A stretch of DNA of 64,000 nucleotides from Tepidisphaera sp. (GTDB lineage Bacteria; Planctomycetota; Phycisphaerae; Phycisphaerales; UBA1924): positions 1,952,001-2,016,000 of the forward strand of contig CP051526.1 in assembly GCA_050916045.1 (NCBI GenBank), given 5' to 3'. The position numbers were made by a program, and so were the translations under genes. Below are positions 30,401 to 39,898 of the stretch, piece after piece. Within the stretch, counting starts at the first letter, position 1. Each line of letters starts with the position of its first letter. The notes beneath the pieces were generated by a model that made no database searches, was not told the DNA's origin, and worked only from the letters and a program-made list of their open reading frames with translations.

Positions 30401-30501
30401 CGTCGATCGCGAGCCCAAGCGTTCGCGAGAACGCCCTCGCGCGTTTCGTTCCAAAGCAACCAGCGACTCCGGCAGCGGGGGACTCAACCCCCCTTTCGTC
30501 T

Positions 30502-31017
30502 TCAAATGTGCTTGCGACGCGCGGCAAAGCCGTCCGGGATCTCCGCGTGCTCGAAGTAGTGCAGAAAAACAGACTTCGCTTCCTCTCGCGTCATCGCTTC
30601 GCCCTCGCGTATCCGGATGTACCCGTCCACGCACTCCACCCGCGATTCCTGAGCCAAAGCCGCTCGCCCCGCCGGTCGCAACACCTCATGCACGTACCCC
30701 CAAAGCGTGCCTCGCCGCGTCTCCACCGTGAGCTCATCGAGTGTTCCTCCCACCTGGATGTACTCGTCCTCTGCCCATTGAAGGATGACGAACGCGGGGC
30801 CCCCGTCGTCAAAGTACGCGAAAGCCCCTTCCACATCGTCCCAGTCTCGCACGGGCCGGCTCTCGTCCTCGCTCGTCGTGATCGAGAAGTACCTTGCCGC
30901 CCACGGCCCGGGGATGCCTTTCGCAAGGGCACCCTCAGGGACAGGCGGCCGAGCGGGTTTCGTACGAAGCAGACGCCTGATCAGTCGCCCAATCACGGGG
31001 AACCCTCCCAAAGCCAA
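30502..31017 (-). CDS. Hypothetical protein adjacent to dif
   Basis: 171-aa ORF with globular composition filling the gap; no family recognised, start uncertain. Confidence 0.55.
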   Translation of the reverse strand: MALGGFPVIGRLIRRLLRTKPARPPVPEGALAKGIPGPWAARYFSITTSEDESRPVRDWDDVEGAFAYFDDGGPAFVILQWAEDEYIQVGGTLDELTVETRRGTLWGYVHEVLRPAGRAALAQESRVECVDGYIRIREGEAMTREEAKSVFLHYFEHAEIPDGFAARRKHI

Positions 31018-31052
31018 ACTCGTGGAAGCGTGATCGCCAAGAGAACGGCTCT

Positions 31053-31080
31053 GGTTAACATAACTATTATTATAGGACCT
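31053..31080 (-). other. dif site (XerC/XerD chromosome dimer resolution site)
   Basis: Minus strand reads AGGTCCTATAA-TAATAG-TTATGTTAACC: 11-6-11 layout with a TTATGTTAA XerD arm, in an AT-rich intergenic patch. Confidence 0.88.
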
Positions 31081-31247
31081 TATAGGTAGGGTGGGGAATC
31101 AGTTCCGACACCCGCACCGTGCTCTCGCTCGGCCATCTTTCCCCCCAACCGTACCCCTCGCTCTCCAATCAGAGCCTCTCCGCTGTCGAATACAGTGCCC
31201 GCTTTCCCGCCGCGACCTCCTTCCCCCTCCCCGCGCAAGCCCACCCC

Positions 31248-32783
31248 ATGACCACACTGACCCTCACCGGCTCTCCGCTCACCACCGCCGATGTCGCCGC
31301 CGTCGCCCGCGCGACCCCGGCCGCACCCGTCCGCATCACCCTCGCTCCCTCGGCCGTTGCCGCGATGCAAGCCTCCCGGGCCGTCGTCGAGCACGCGACC
31401 CAGGACGGCCTCCCGCACTACGGAATCAACACCGGTTTCGGCTCCCTCGCCCGAACCCGCATCCCCGCCGACCAGCTCCGCGACCTGCAGCGCAACCTCA
31501 TCCGCTCCCACGCCGCCGGCGTCGGCCCCCTGCTCTCCCGCGAAGTCGTCCGGGCGACCATGCTCCTCCTCGCCGCCTCCCTTTCACGCGGCCTCTCCGG
31601 CATCCGCCCGGTTCTCGTTGAGCGCCTCCTCGATCTCCTCAACCACGACATCACCCCCGCCGTCCCGGAGGTCGGCTCCGTCGGCGCTTCCGGCGACCTG
31701 GCTCCGCTCGCGCACATCGCGCTCGTGCTCATCGGTGAAGGCGAAGTACTCGCGACGAATGGTCCCGCCGCCACCGCGCCCATCCTCACGAAGCACGGCA
31801 TCGCCCCCGTCACCCTCGAAGCCAAAGAAGGCCTCGCCCTCATCAACGGCACGCACCTCATGGCCGCTCGCGGAGCCCTGCTGCTCCACGACGCCGACCG
31901 CCTCGTCAACGCCGCGGTTGTCGCCAGCGCCATGTCGATCGATGCCTGTCGCGCCACCGATGCGTTCCTCGACGACCGCATCCACGCCGCCCGCACGCAG
32001 CCCGGTCAACGCGACATCGCCGCGCGCATCCGCTCGCTCCTCGCGGGCAGCGAGATCCTCCCCTCGCACGCCGAGAACGATCCGCGCGTCCAGGACCCCT
32101 ACTCCCTCCGCTGCATCCCGCAGGTCCTCGGCGCCGCCATCGACGCCCTCGCCTACGTCCGAAGCTGCATCGAACGCGAACTCGGCGCCGTCACCGACAA
32201 CCCGCTCGTCTTCCCCACCTCCGGCTCCACCGCGCCCGGCGACATCGTCTCCGCCGGCAACTTCCACGGCATGCCGCTCGCGATCCCCCTCGACTGTGCT
32301 TCAATCGCTCTCGCCCACATCGCCGGCATCTCCGAGCGCCGCACCTTCCTCATGCTCGCCGCGGCCGACCCCGAAGCCCACCTCCGCCCCTATCTCTCGC
32401 CGCACCCCGGCGTCAGCAGCGGCCTCATGATCGCCCAATACACCGCCGCCGCCTGCTGCAACGAGATCATCACCCTCTGCACCCCCGCCAGCGTGAGCAA
32501 CATTTCAACCTCCGCCGGCATCGAAGACTACAACAGCTTCGGCCCGCGCTCGGCCGCCAAAGCCGCCCGCGCCCTCGAGCTCGCCCGAAACGTCATCGCC
32601 ATCGAACTCCTCTGCGCCGCCCAAGCCCTCGAATACCACCGCCCCCTCAAGTCCGGCCACGGCGTCGAAGCCGCCTACTCCAAAATCCGCGCCGTCGTCC
32701 CCCCACTCTTCAGCGACCGGCCCCCAAGCCCCGACATCGCCGCGATCGCAACCCTCATCGCGAGCGGCGCGTTCCATGTTTGA
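31248..32783 (+). CDS. hutH: Histidine ammonia-lyase
   Basis: YGINTGFG, LQRNLIRSH, GSVGASGDLAPL (MIO), KEGLALINGT, QDPYSLRC and GNFHG motifs. Confidence 0.95.
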   Translation: MTTLTLTGSPLTTADVAAVARATPAAPVRITLAPSAVAAMQASRAVVEHATQDGLPHYGINTGFGSLARTRIPADQLRDLQRNLIRSHAAGVGPLLSREVVRATMLLLAASLSRGLSGIRPVLVERLLDLLNHDITPAVPEVGSVGASGDLAPLAHIALVLIGEGEVLATNGPAATAPILTKHGIAPVTLEAKEGLALINGTHLMAARGALLLHDADRLVNAAVVASAMSIDACRATDAFLDDRIHAARTQPGQRDIAARIRSLLAGSEILPSHAENDPRVQDPYSLRCIPQVLGAAIDALAYVRSCIERELGAVTDNPLVFPTSGSTAPGDIVSAGNFHGMPLAIPLDCASIALAHIAGISERRTFLMLAAADPEAHLRPYLSPHPGVSSGLMIAQYTAAACCNEIITLCTPASVSNISTSAGIEDYNSFGPRSAAKAARALELARNVIAIELLCAAQALEYHRPLKSGHGVEAAYSKIRAVVPPLFSDRPPSPDIAAIATLIASGAFHV

Positions 32784-32948
32784 AGTTTCCAATGTGAGAT
32801 GTGAAATCTGAAATTGCGGATCCCGACGCACCCCGCAATCCCCAAACCCCCACCTCGTCGCCCACGGGCGTGTCCAATCCGCCCCGATTTCGGCAACATC
32901 TCGGAGCAAGGGCCGTACCGGACCCCATCCCTCACACGGAGACTGTCC

Positions 32949-33866
32949 ATGCATTGCACACGCGGCCTCCTCCTCGCCCTCGCCACGCTCACCGCATCCG
33001 CCAACGCCGATGTCATCGTCACGACGAGCTCCGGCAGGATGCTCCGCGTGAACGTCGAAACCGGTTCCGCCACCGCGATCGCAACCTCCCGGTGGTACGC
33101 GGGCATGGGCTGGAACGCCGCCGGCGAACTGCTCGGCCTGCGTCAAATCACGACCCCCACGCTCACGACCAGCTATCTCGACCGGCTGAACCCCGCCACC
33201 GGAGCCCGGACCACCATCGCGACGACCGACATCTGCGTGCTGCTTCGCGCCGGAAGCACCGCCGGCGGCGTCGGCTTCTGCATCCCCCCGGGCGGCCCGG
33301 CGTACGAGTTCGAGTACCAGACCATCAACCCCTTCACCCAGTCGCAGGTCTCGACCGTCGACCCCGCCACCGGCTCCGTCACCGTCATCGGGAATCTCGG
33401 ACTGACTTCCGAGGGCGCGCTCGCGGCCGACGCGACCGGCCGCCTCTGGGGAACGCGCGGCGGGTTTGGCAACGAGTTCTTCGAGATCGACCGCACCACC
33501 GGCGCGGCCCGCATCGTGAGCACCCTCCCCGCCGGCCTCATCATCTACGCGATGGCGTTCGAGCGCGGCATCCTCTACGCCTTCGACACAACCGGCGGCA
33601 TCCACGCCGTCAACCGCGGCACCGGTGAGCTCTCCCTCATCTCAAGGTTCGACAGGGCGACCAACGGCTCGATCTACACCGCCATCGCGGATGTTCCCCT
33701 CTGCCAAGCCGACCTCAACGGCGACCGCTTCATCGACTTCTTCGACCTCGATGCGTTCATCGCCGCATTCGAAGCCGGCACCCTCGCCGCCGACCACAAC
33801 GCCGACGGCTTCATCGACTTCTTCGACTACGCCGACTTCATCACCGCCTTCGAAACCGGCTGCTGA
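32949..33866 (+). CDS. Secreted beta-propeller-like protein with GC-type dockerin C-terminus
   Basis: Signal peptide, repeated (D/N)xxTG motifs, ends DFFDYADFITAFETGC. Confidence 0.8.
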   Translation: MHCTRGLLLALATLTASANADVIVTTSSGRMLRVNVETGSATAIATSRWYAGMGWNAAGELLGLRQITTPTLTTSYLDRLNPATGARTTIATTDICVLLRAGSTAGGVGFCIPPGGPAYEFEYQTINPFTQSQVSTVDPATGSVTVIGNLGLTSEGALAADATGRLWGTRGGFGNEFFEIDRTTGAARIVSTLPAGLIIYAMAFERGILYAFDTTGGIHAVNRGTGELSLISRFDRATNGSIYTAIADVPLCQADLNGDRFIDFFDLDAFIAAFEAGTLAADHNADGFIDFFDYADFITAFETGC

Positions 33867-33943
33867 ACCCCCACTCCCTTCCCAAAGCAGCCAGTACAAT
33901 CCCACGCCTGCCCGCGCTGGCGCGGCATCACCACGGAGACCGC

Positions 33944-34192
33944 TTGCCAGACCCACCCCGCAACAAGATCTGGCGAACCCCCATCCTCTGGATCGCCGGA
34001 ACGGTGCTCGTGCTGTCGCTCTGCTGCAGCTCGCTGAGCCTGCTCGGCTTCTTCGGCGTGATGGCGGATGTCGGCCCCGACGAGAACCGCCAGATGGGCT
34101 TCCAGATCCTCCGCCTCACGGCGATCCCCCTGATCTTGAGCGCCGCCGCCCCCGCAATCGCCCTCACCCTCGGCCGCTCGCGGCCGAAGTAA
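33944..34192 (+). CDS. Small two-TM membrane protein
   Basis: Two hydrophobic helices; TTG start uncertain. Confidence 0.5.
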   Translation: MPDPPRNKIWRTPILWIAGTVLVLSLCCSSLSLLGFFGVMADVGPDENRQMGFQILRLTAIPLILSAAAPAIALTLGRSRPK

Positions 34193-34221
34193 TCACCACA
34201 CCCGGTCTCGCCCTGCACGCT

Positions 34222-34971
34222 TCAGCTTCCGACTTCCCCGCCCACGGACTCCGCGACCAACGGGTACCACGCTTCATCGAAGTAATCGCGGTCCTCGCGC
34301 GGGACCGGGAGGATCCGCACCTCGTACAACGTCCCGATGTTCACCGGGCCGCTCGGTCGCATCAGCACACCCACAAAGCACGCCCGATACAACTTCCCGC
34401 CACGCGTGATGTCGACCACCCGCGACGCCTCCAACGGAAGATCCTCTCCACCACCCGCGCGAGAGACCTCCCACTCCCCCCACCGTTCCCACCCGCCATC
34501 GCTCAGCGCCTTTCGGTCCACATCCTCGCTCGGGATGATCGCCCGCACCGTCTTGATGATGCTCCCGTCGCCAGATCGGATCTCAACCGCGGGCCCGTCC
34601 CGGTTCGGCGATCGCAGCGCCGCAGGCAAGCCGATCCCGTTGGTGTGGTACTGGGCCGCGTACAAAGATTCTTGCTCGGTCTCGAGCGGCGATATCCCCG
34701 ACGAATCGCGCCGGTACTCAATCTCCGCATCCAAGATGACCATCACATCGACCGCGATCGCTCCGGTCGGATACACCCGCAGACCAACGGGCTGGATGCT
34801 CGTGATCGAGTCGTTGTCGAGGACAGCGGCACGAGACGCCAGCCGCTCCATCGTCGCCCGGTCCATCGAGGGGGGCCTCAGCAGTTCTCCGCGGATGAAT
34901 CCGCCACCCATGCACCCAAGCAGGACCATCCCGAAAAGCACGATCAGGATACCGATGGAAGCTCGATTCAT
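34222..34971 (-). CDS. Hypothetical lipoprotein
   Basis: MNR-hydrophobic-LLGC lipobox-like N-terminus. Confidence 0.6.
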   Translation of the reverse strand: MNRASIGILIVLFGMVLLGCMGGGFIRGELLRPPSMDRATMERLASRAAVLDNDSITSIQPVGLRVYPTGAIAVDVMVILDAEIEYRRDSSGISPLETEQESLYAAQYHTNGIGLPAALRSPNRDGPAVEIRSGDGSIIKTVRAIIPSEDVDRKALSDGGWERWGEWEVSRAGGGEDLPLEASRVVDITRGGKLYRACFVGVLMRPSGPVNIGTLYEVRILPVPREDRDYFDEAWYPLVAESVGGEVGS

Positions 34972-35024
34972 ACCCAACGTTAGGCCTTCGTGAGAAGAGC
35001 TCCCCCCGCGTAAACTCCCCACGC

Positions 35025-35771
35025 ATGCCCACGCTGATCTTCACACCCCGCTTCACCGCCGATACCCAGTCGCTCTGGCGTGCCGCGACCGAGCTCGGCT
35101 GGGCGGTCCATCGGCTTCACTCCTGGCGCGTTCCCGATGACCTCCGCACCGTCGATGAGCCCATCCTCTACCTCGAAGCCCTCCTCGGCCCCACCATCGC
35201 CGCCGAGTTCGGCCTCCGCCTCGATGAGCCGCCCATCGACTGGCTCCCGAACCTGCCCCAGGAGTTCCGCAAGCGGGAGATCCGGCTCACCACGCTCGCC
35301 CAGGCACGCACCCTCACCGATCCGTGGTTCATCAAGCCGCCCAACGACAAGAGCTTCCCCGCCCGCGTCTCAACCGGCACCGACCTCCCACCCAAGTTCG
35401 ATGGCCAGATGCCTGTTCTCATCGCCGAGGTCGTCCGGTGGGAGAAAGAGTTCCGCGCCTTCATCCTGAGCCGCCAGGCCCGCACGATCTCCATCTACGC
35501 CCGATCCGGCGAGCTTCAACGTGAGAACGGCTTCGCCCAATCCCCCGAGGAACAAGCCCAAGCCGCCGCGTTCCTCGAAAGCCTCCTCGCCGACCCGCGC
35601 ATCGACCTCCCCCAAGCCTGCGTCATCGACATCGGCGTGATCGAAAGCCGCGGCTGGGCCGTCGTCGAACAGAACGCCGCCTGGGGCGCCGGCATCTACG
35701 GCTGCGACCCCCGCCGCGTGCTCGAAGTCCTCCGCTTCGCGGCACATCCAGCGAGGGTCGAGAATCCGTGA
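35025..35771 (+). CDS. ATP-grasp domain protein (DUF4343/R2K-like)
   Basis: FIKP..DKSF, EFR.FI, VIDIG and VVEQNAAWGAGIYGCDP motifs. Confidence 0.8.
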   Translation: MPTLIFTPRFTADTQSLWRAATELGWAVHRLHSWRVPDDLRTVDEPILYLEALLGPTIAAEFGLRLDEPPIDWLPNLPQEFRKREIRLTTLAQARTLTDPWFIKPPNDKSFPARVSTGTDLPPKFDGQMPVLIAEVVRWEKEFRAFILSRQARTISIYARSGELQRENGFAQSPEEQAQAAAFLESLLADPRIDLPQACVIDIGVIESRGWAVVEQNAAWGAGIYGCDPRRVLEVLRFAAHPARVENP

Positions 35772-35869
35772 TGCCGTGCCCCTTCCTTCGACGCCGCCTC
35801 GCCTCGCACGCTCGCCATCGTCGGACCAAGTCGAGCCACCCGCCCCAACACCTCCCACTACCATGCCCG

Positions 35870-36457
35870 ATGCACTCCGACGCGAGCAACGGGTGGGACT
35901 CGGCTTCCGAAGCGTTCATCGCGCACCGCCGACGCTCGCGCACCGGAGTTGAAGAAGTCGCCCGCTGGGCCGCATCGCTGCCACCAGCCGCCGCGGTGCT
36001 CGATGCGGCGTGCGGCTGCGGCGAGCCCCTCACGCGGGTCCTCCTCGATCATGGATGCGAAGTCTTCGCCATCGATGCCTCCCCGCGCATGCTCGACTCG
36101 TTCCGCCGTGACTTCCCGAGCGTGCCAGCCGCGTGCGAATCCGTCGAGCACTCGGCGTTCTTCGGTCGCACCTTCGACGGCGTGCTCGCGTGGGGACTGC
36201 TCTTCCTGCTTCCCGAGCGGTCGCAGGAATCAGCCCTCCGCAGGCTCGCCACAGCCGTCGCCCCGGGCGGATCTTTGCTCCTGACCGCGCCCGTTGAGGC
36301 TGCACAGTGGCCCGACGCGACGACCGGCAGGCTCTCGGTCTCGCTGGGCTTGGAGCGCTACGTCGAGATCCTCAGCACCGCCGGACTCACGCTACTCGCG
36401 ACCTTTCACGACGCGGACGAGAACCACTATTATCACGCCGCACGCGTCGCGCGATGA
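35870..36457 (+). CDS. Class I SAM-dependent methyltransferase
   Basis: VLDAACGCG, IDASPRM, FDGVLAWGLLF and PGG motifs. Confidence 0.88.
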   Translation: MHSDASNGWDSASEAFIAHRRRSRTGVEEVARWAASLPPAAAVLDAACGCGEPLTRVLLDHGCEVFAIDASPRMLDSFRRDFPSVPAACESVEHSAFFGRTFDGVLAWGLLFLLPERSQESALRRLATAVAPGGSLLLTAPVEAAQWPDATTGRLSVSLGLERYVEILSTAGLTLLATFHDADENHYYHAARVAR

Positions 36458-36620
36458 CCCGAACATTTCAGCGACACCGCCCAGCGGCGGAATCAACCGG
36501 AACCACAGTCGGGTGCCACGTCCGATCCGCCTCGGTCGGACGTGCCCGGACGTCGCCCCCCCAACCCTCACCCCCCACACCCCCACTCCCCGGTCCTCAC
36601 TCCCCCACCCCCCACCCCCA

Positions 36621-36788
36621 CAGTCCACCATCCGCCCCAACCAGTCCACCCTCCCAAGCAACCGGTCCACCCTCCGCCCCACCCAAGCCACCAAATCCCC
36701 CAGCCAGTCCACCATCCGACGCAGACGGTCCACCATCTGGCCCAACCGGTCCACCGTCCGGAGCACATGGTCCACCATCCGCCCCAAA
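36621..36788. repeat. Tandem array of 8 x 21-bp units with conserved core (c/t)(a/g)gtccacc
   Basis: Units start at 36621, 36642, 36663, 36684, 36705, 36726, 36747 and 36768 (exact 21-nt period); the second half of each unit varies and unit 4 is degenerate. Confidence 0.85.
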
Positions 36789-36840
36789 ACTCAGCCATTT
36801 CTGCGCGATCCATCCCCCACCCCCAACGACCACGCCGAGT

Positions 36841-36963
36841 TTCCACGCCGAGTTCAAGGCGGGCGAAGGCGGCAAGACCGCCGTCTCCATGGCCCGATGG
36901 GTCAACACGCGCGGCGAAAAGGGGCCGTGGTTCGAGATCACGACGGCGACGGTGGCAGCTTAG
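36841..36963 (+). pseudogene. C-terminal remnant of an FN3-like hypothetical gene
   Basis: FHAEFKAGEGGKTAVSMARWVNTRGEKGPWFEITTATVAA* resembles the last FN3 strands (RxVNxxGxGPWS). No start; begins at the 12-bp duplication ccacgccgagtt. Confidence 0.55.
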
Positions 36964-36990
36964 AGCGGTGGGTCTCGCGGATATACATTC

Positions 36991-37019
36991 TTGCCAGCGA
37001 GAAGAAATTCTGGTATGAC
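36991..37019 (+). promoter_or_regulatory. Possible sigma70-type promoter for the Cys-rich gene
   Basis: TTGCCA-17 nt-TATGAC with an extended TG; weak -10 match. Confidence 0.35.
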
Positions 37020-37036
37020 AGTACCTATGCTCTCAT

Positions 37037-37762
37037 GTGTCGTTGTTCCGCCGCCATCCCGCGCTGCTGACCGGCGTTTCGCTGGTGCTTTTGGCTGTGT
37101 ATGTGGTCGCGTCCCTCGGCGTGATTCCCACGCCCAGGGTCATCATGGGGTGGTTCGGGGAGTTGAGCGGCGAACGCTACCCCTGCGAATCCTGCGGCTG
37201 CGGGTGTGCGTCGGCCACCGAGTGCTGGACGCACTGCTGCTGCCACACGGAGCACCAGCGGCTTGTGTGGGCGATCGAGAACGGCGTGATGCCGCCGCCT
37301 GTGGTGGAGTTCAGCGATGAGCAGTGGATTGCCGCGGCCAATGACGTGAAGGCTGGCAGTGCACATTGTGTCATGTGCGTGGAGCGGATCAAGGGCGAGC
37401 TGCGGCGGGGAATTGCCACACGACCGGACCATGACCCGGCGTGCGAATGCGCCGGTGCGTGCGATGGACACTGCGGCAAGGCGTGTTGCGAGACGAAGAC
37501 GGCGGCCAAGTCTGCGGGCGGTGCATCTTGCTGTGCCAAGGGCGAGGGCGAGAAGCAGCCATCGTGGCCGGGGCCTTCAATCTCAGCACTCTCGTGCAAG
37601 GGGCTCCGGCAACTTCTCACCGTGACGCTGCCGCCGTCGCCGCCGGTGCGCGTCGTGGATTTGATTCTGCCCGAGCCCGCAGTCTTTGTGCCCGAGCGGC
37701 CCAAGGACGTGGCGTACCCCTCCCGCACCCTTGATGTGCCCGAGCCGCCGCCGCGAATGTGA
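37037..37762 (+). CDS. Cys-rich exported/membrane protein with C-terminal PEPPPR motif
   Basis: N-terminal hydrophobic helix, 19 Cys (CxxCGCGC, CxxxCCC, CxxC...) and a Pro-rich tail. Confidence 0.78.
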   Translation: MSLFRRHPALLTGVSLVLLAVYVVASLGVIPTPRVIMGWFGELSGERYPCESCGCGCASATECWTHCCCHTEHQRLVWAIENGVMPPPVVEFSDEQWIAAANDVKAGSAHCVMCVERIKGELRRGIATRPDHDPACECAGACDGHCGKACCETKTAAKSAGGASCCAKGEGEKQPSWPGPSISALSCKGLRQLLTVTLPPSPPVRVVDLILPEPAVFVPERPKDVAYPSRTLDVPEPPPRM

Positions 37763-38080
37763 CGCTTCCAGTTCGTTGATGTTGATCTGCCGACCCGTCG
37801 CCAATTGGTGGACGGCGTGTGTGCAACGTTCATCCATCGAGCTCGCCTCGATTCGGTGATGCACGTTCGTGGCGTTCACTCGGGCAGGTTCCGGGCAGCG
37901 CTCGGACACGGCATCTCGTCGACGATCCCTCACATCCACCACGATTCTGCGGCGTGATCCGGTCGTTGGGCCACGGCGCGGAATCCCCAGTCACGTCTCT
38001 CGCCTTCTCGTCTTTGGACGAGAGCGCCATCTGTTCACACACATTCATTCGTTCAACACGTTCCTGAAGGAGACTCAGAG

Positions 38081-38968
38081 ATGAAGTCCGTTCTTGCTCT
38101 TGTCGTTCTGTCCGGTCTCGCCGTCTGCACCGCCACCGCGGCGGAGGTCGGCATCGCCAGTGGTTCGGCCACCATGTCCTTCGACCTTCCCACGTTCCTC
38201 GGGCAGTCGCCCCTGGACACGTTCGACGCCGCATTCGGGATCACGGAGACCCGCGCCGAGGTCGTCTCGGGCCTGCCGGGGAACAACCCGACCGCGTCGC
38301 AGACCTGGGCCACCAACCCGGTCGGCACGCCCAGCCCCTCCGGGCGTGTCATTCAGGGCACGACGCTCACCATCGACACGACCGACGTGCTCGGCACGTG
38401 GGGCGCGGTGACGAGCGACTTCGGCGCGTTCGCCATCGGCGGTGAACAGATCGGCTTCGGCGGCATGACCCGCTGGACGCTCGATCCTGGCATCTCGGGT
38501 GTGCTGCTCTTCGGTGACTGGGCGCTGCGCTACTCGCCCGCTCGGGCCGGCACGTTTGCGGGCTCGACCACGAACATCCGCTCGGGCCTGGTCGTGACGA
38601 GCAATATCGACTTCCCCGACGCCGCGTTCGTCGACATCGGCAACGCCAGCATCTCGGTGGTGGGCGACACCCTGCGGGTCACCGGCGACATGCTGATCTC
38701 GGACGCGTTGATCGTGCTGGGCTTTCCGGGGTCGAACCTCGGGCTGAACATCGGACGCTTCGAGCTTTCAGCCCGGCTTGACGTGCCGGGCTGCAGCGTC
38801 GACTTCAACGGGGACGGGTTCGTCGACTTCTTCGACTACGACGATTATGTGACCTGCTTCGAGGGTGCGGGATGCGGCGCGGGCGGTAGCGCCGACTTCA
38901 ACGGCGACGGCTTCGTGGACTTCTTCGACTACGACGACTTCGTGGCCGCGTTCGAGACGGGATGCTGA
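38081..38968 (+). CDS. Secreted protein with GC-type dockerin C-terminus
   Basis: RBS AAGGAG, signal peptide, ends DFFDYDDFVAAFETGC. Confidence 0.88.
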   Translation: MKSVLALVVLSGLAVCTATAAEVGIASGSATMSFDLPTFLGQSPLDTFDAAFGITETRAEVVSGLPGNNPTASQTWATNPVGTPSPSGRVIQGTTLTIDTTDVLGTWGAVTSDFGAFAIGGEQIGFGGMTRWTLDPGISGVLLFGDWALRYSPARAGTFAGSTTNIRSGLVVTSNIDFPDAAFVDIGNASISVVGDTLRVTGDMLISDALIVLGFPGSNLGLNIGRFELSARLDVPGCSVDFNGDGFVDFFDYDDYVTCFEGAGCGAGGSADFNGDGFVDFFDYDDFVAAFETGC

Positions 38969-39039
38969 GTTTCAAAGCTCGTTCAACCACCCGCCGTCGA
39001 TGCGTGCGGGGGAGACAGAATTCAGAAAGGACAATCACC

Positions 39040-39816
39040 ATGAAAGTGTGCATGATCGCGATGTTCGCGTTCGTTTCGAGTGCTGCCGCCGGGATCGACC
39101 CCAATACCACCGCCAACGGCACGGCGTTCATGACGATCGACCGGGCGGCGTGGGCCACGGTCGCGCCGAGCGCGGACTACTACGACATCAGCTTCAATCC
39201 GCTCGGATTTGGCGATACCACGGCCGACGTCGCGGGCCGTCGCTGGATGTTCGCCGACCGGTTCGAAGGGACTAACTGGGTCGGCGCGGCGTATCCGACG
39301 GACTACCTGACCGGTCCGACGGCCCCGCTCACGCAGCCTGCGGGCGGATTCGCCATGGCGGTGAACACGTACGGCGTGAACAGCTTCGCCGCGAATCACA
39401 AGGTCACCGACTACAACTCGACGAGCAACCCGAACGGCTGGATCGGGCTGGGCGGCTCCTTCCGCGCGACGAGCGACTTCAACGGGCCGGGATCGTCGGT
39501 CTGGTGGGAGCACCTGGCGATTCGTCAGGATCCGACGGACTCGGTCTGGAAGATCTTCGCGACCTCTGGGCCCGGTCAGGGAAGCCTCTTCGAACTCCGC
39601 AACGTGACAACGTCAACGGTCGCGGGCAATCTGAGTCTTTCCGCCGACTATGTCTTCGGAAACACGGATTGGCTTCAGTTCTTCCAGGGCTTCAACGGCG
39701 TGCTCGACACCGAGAAGGTGCTTGGGCGCATCGAGATCGTTCCCGTGCCGGCCCCGGGATCGGTGCTGGTCGTGGCCCTTAGCGGCTTGGTAGCGACGCG
39801 TCGCCGCCGGTCCTGA
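39040..39816 (+). CDS. Secreted PEP-CTERM-like (VPAPG) protein
   Basis: Signal peptide; C-terminus VPAPG-TM-RRRRS. Confidence 0.88.
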   Translation: MKVCMIAMFAFVSSAAAGIDPNTTANGTAFMTIDRAAWATVAPSADYYDISFNPLGFGDTTADVAGRRWMFADRFEGTNWVGAAYPTDYLTGPTAPLTQPAGGFAMAVNTYGVNSFAANHKVTDYNSTSNPNGWIGLGGSFRATSDFNGPGSSVWWEHLAIRQDPTDSVWKIFATSGPGQGSLFELRNVTTSTVAGNLSLSADYVFGNTDWLQFFQGFNGVLDTEKVLGRIEIVPVPAPGSVLVVALSGLVATRRRRS

Positions 39817-39898
39817 TCCGTTGAGATTCTCCGCTCCGAGGCGTGGAGACGCGCCTCGGAGCCTTTCCTCGCCCGCATCATCGACAGGAGCTTTCCGA

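Noticed and set aside
36621..36788. Possible CRISPR array
   Set aside because: The 21-nt period with a 9-nt core is far too short for repeat plus spacer, and no cas genes are present.
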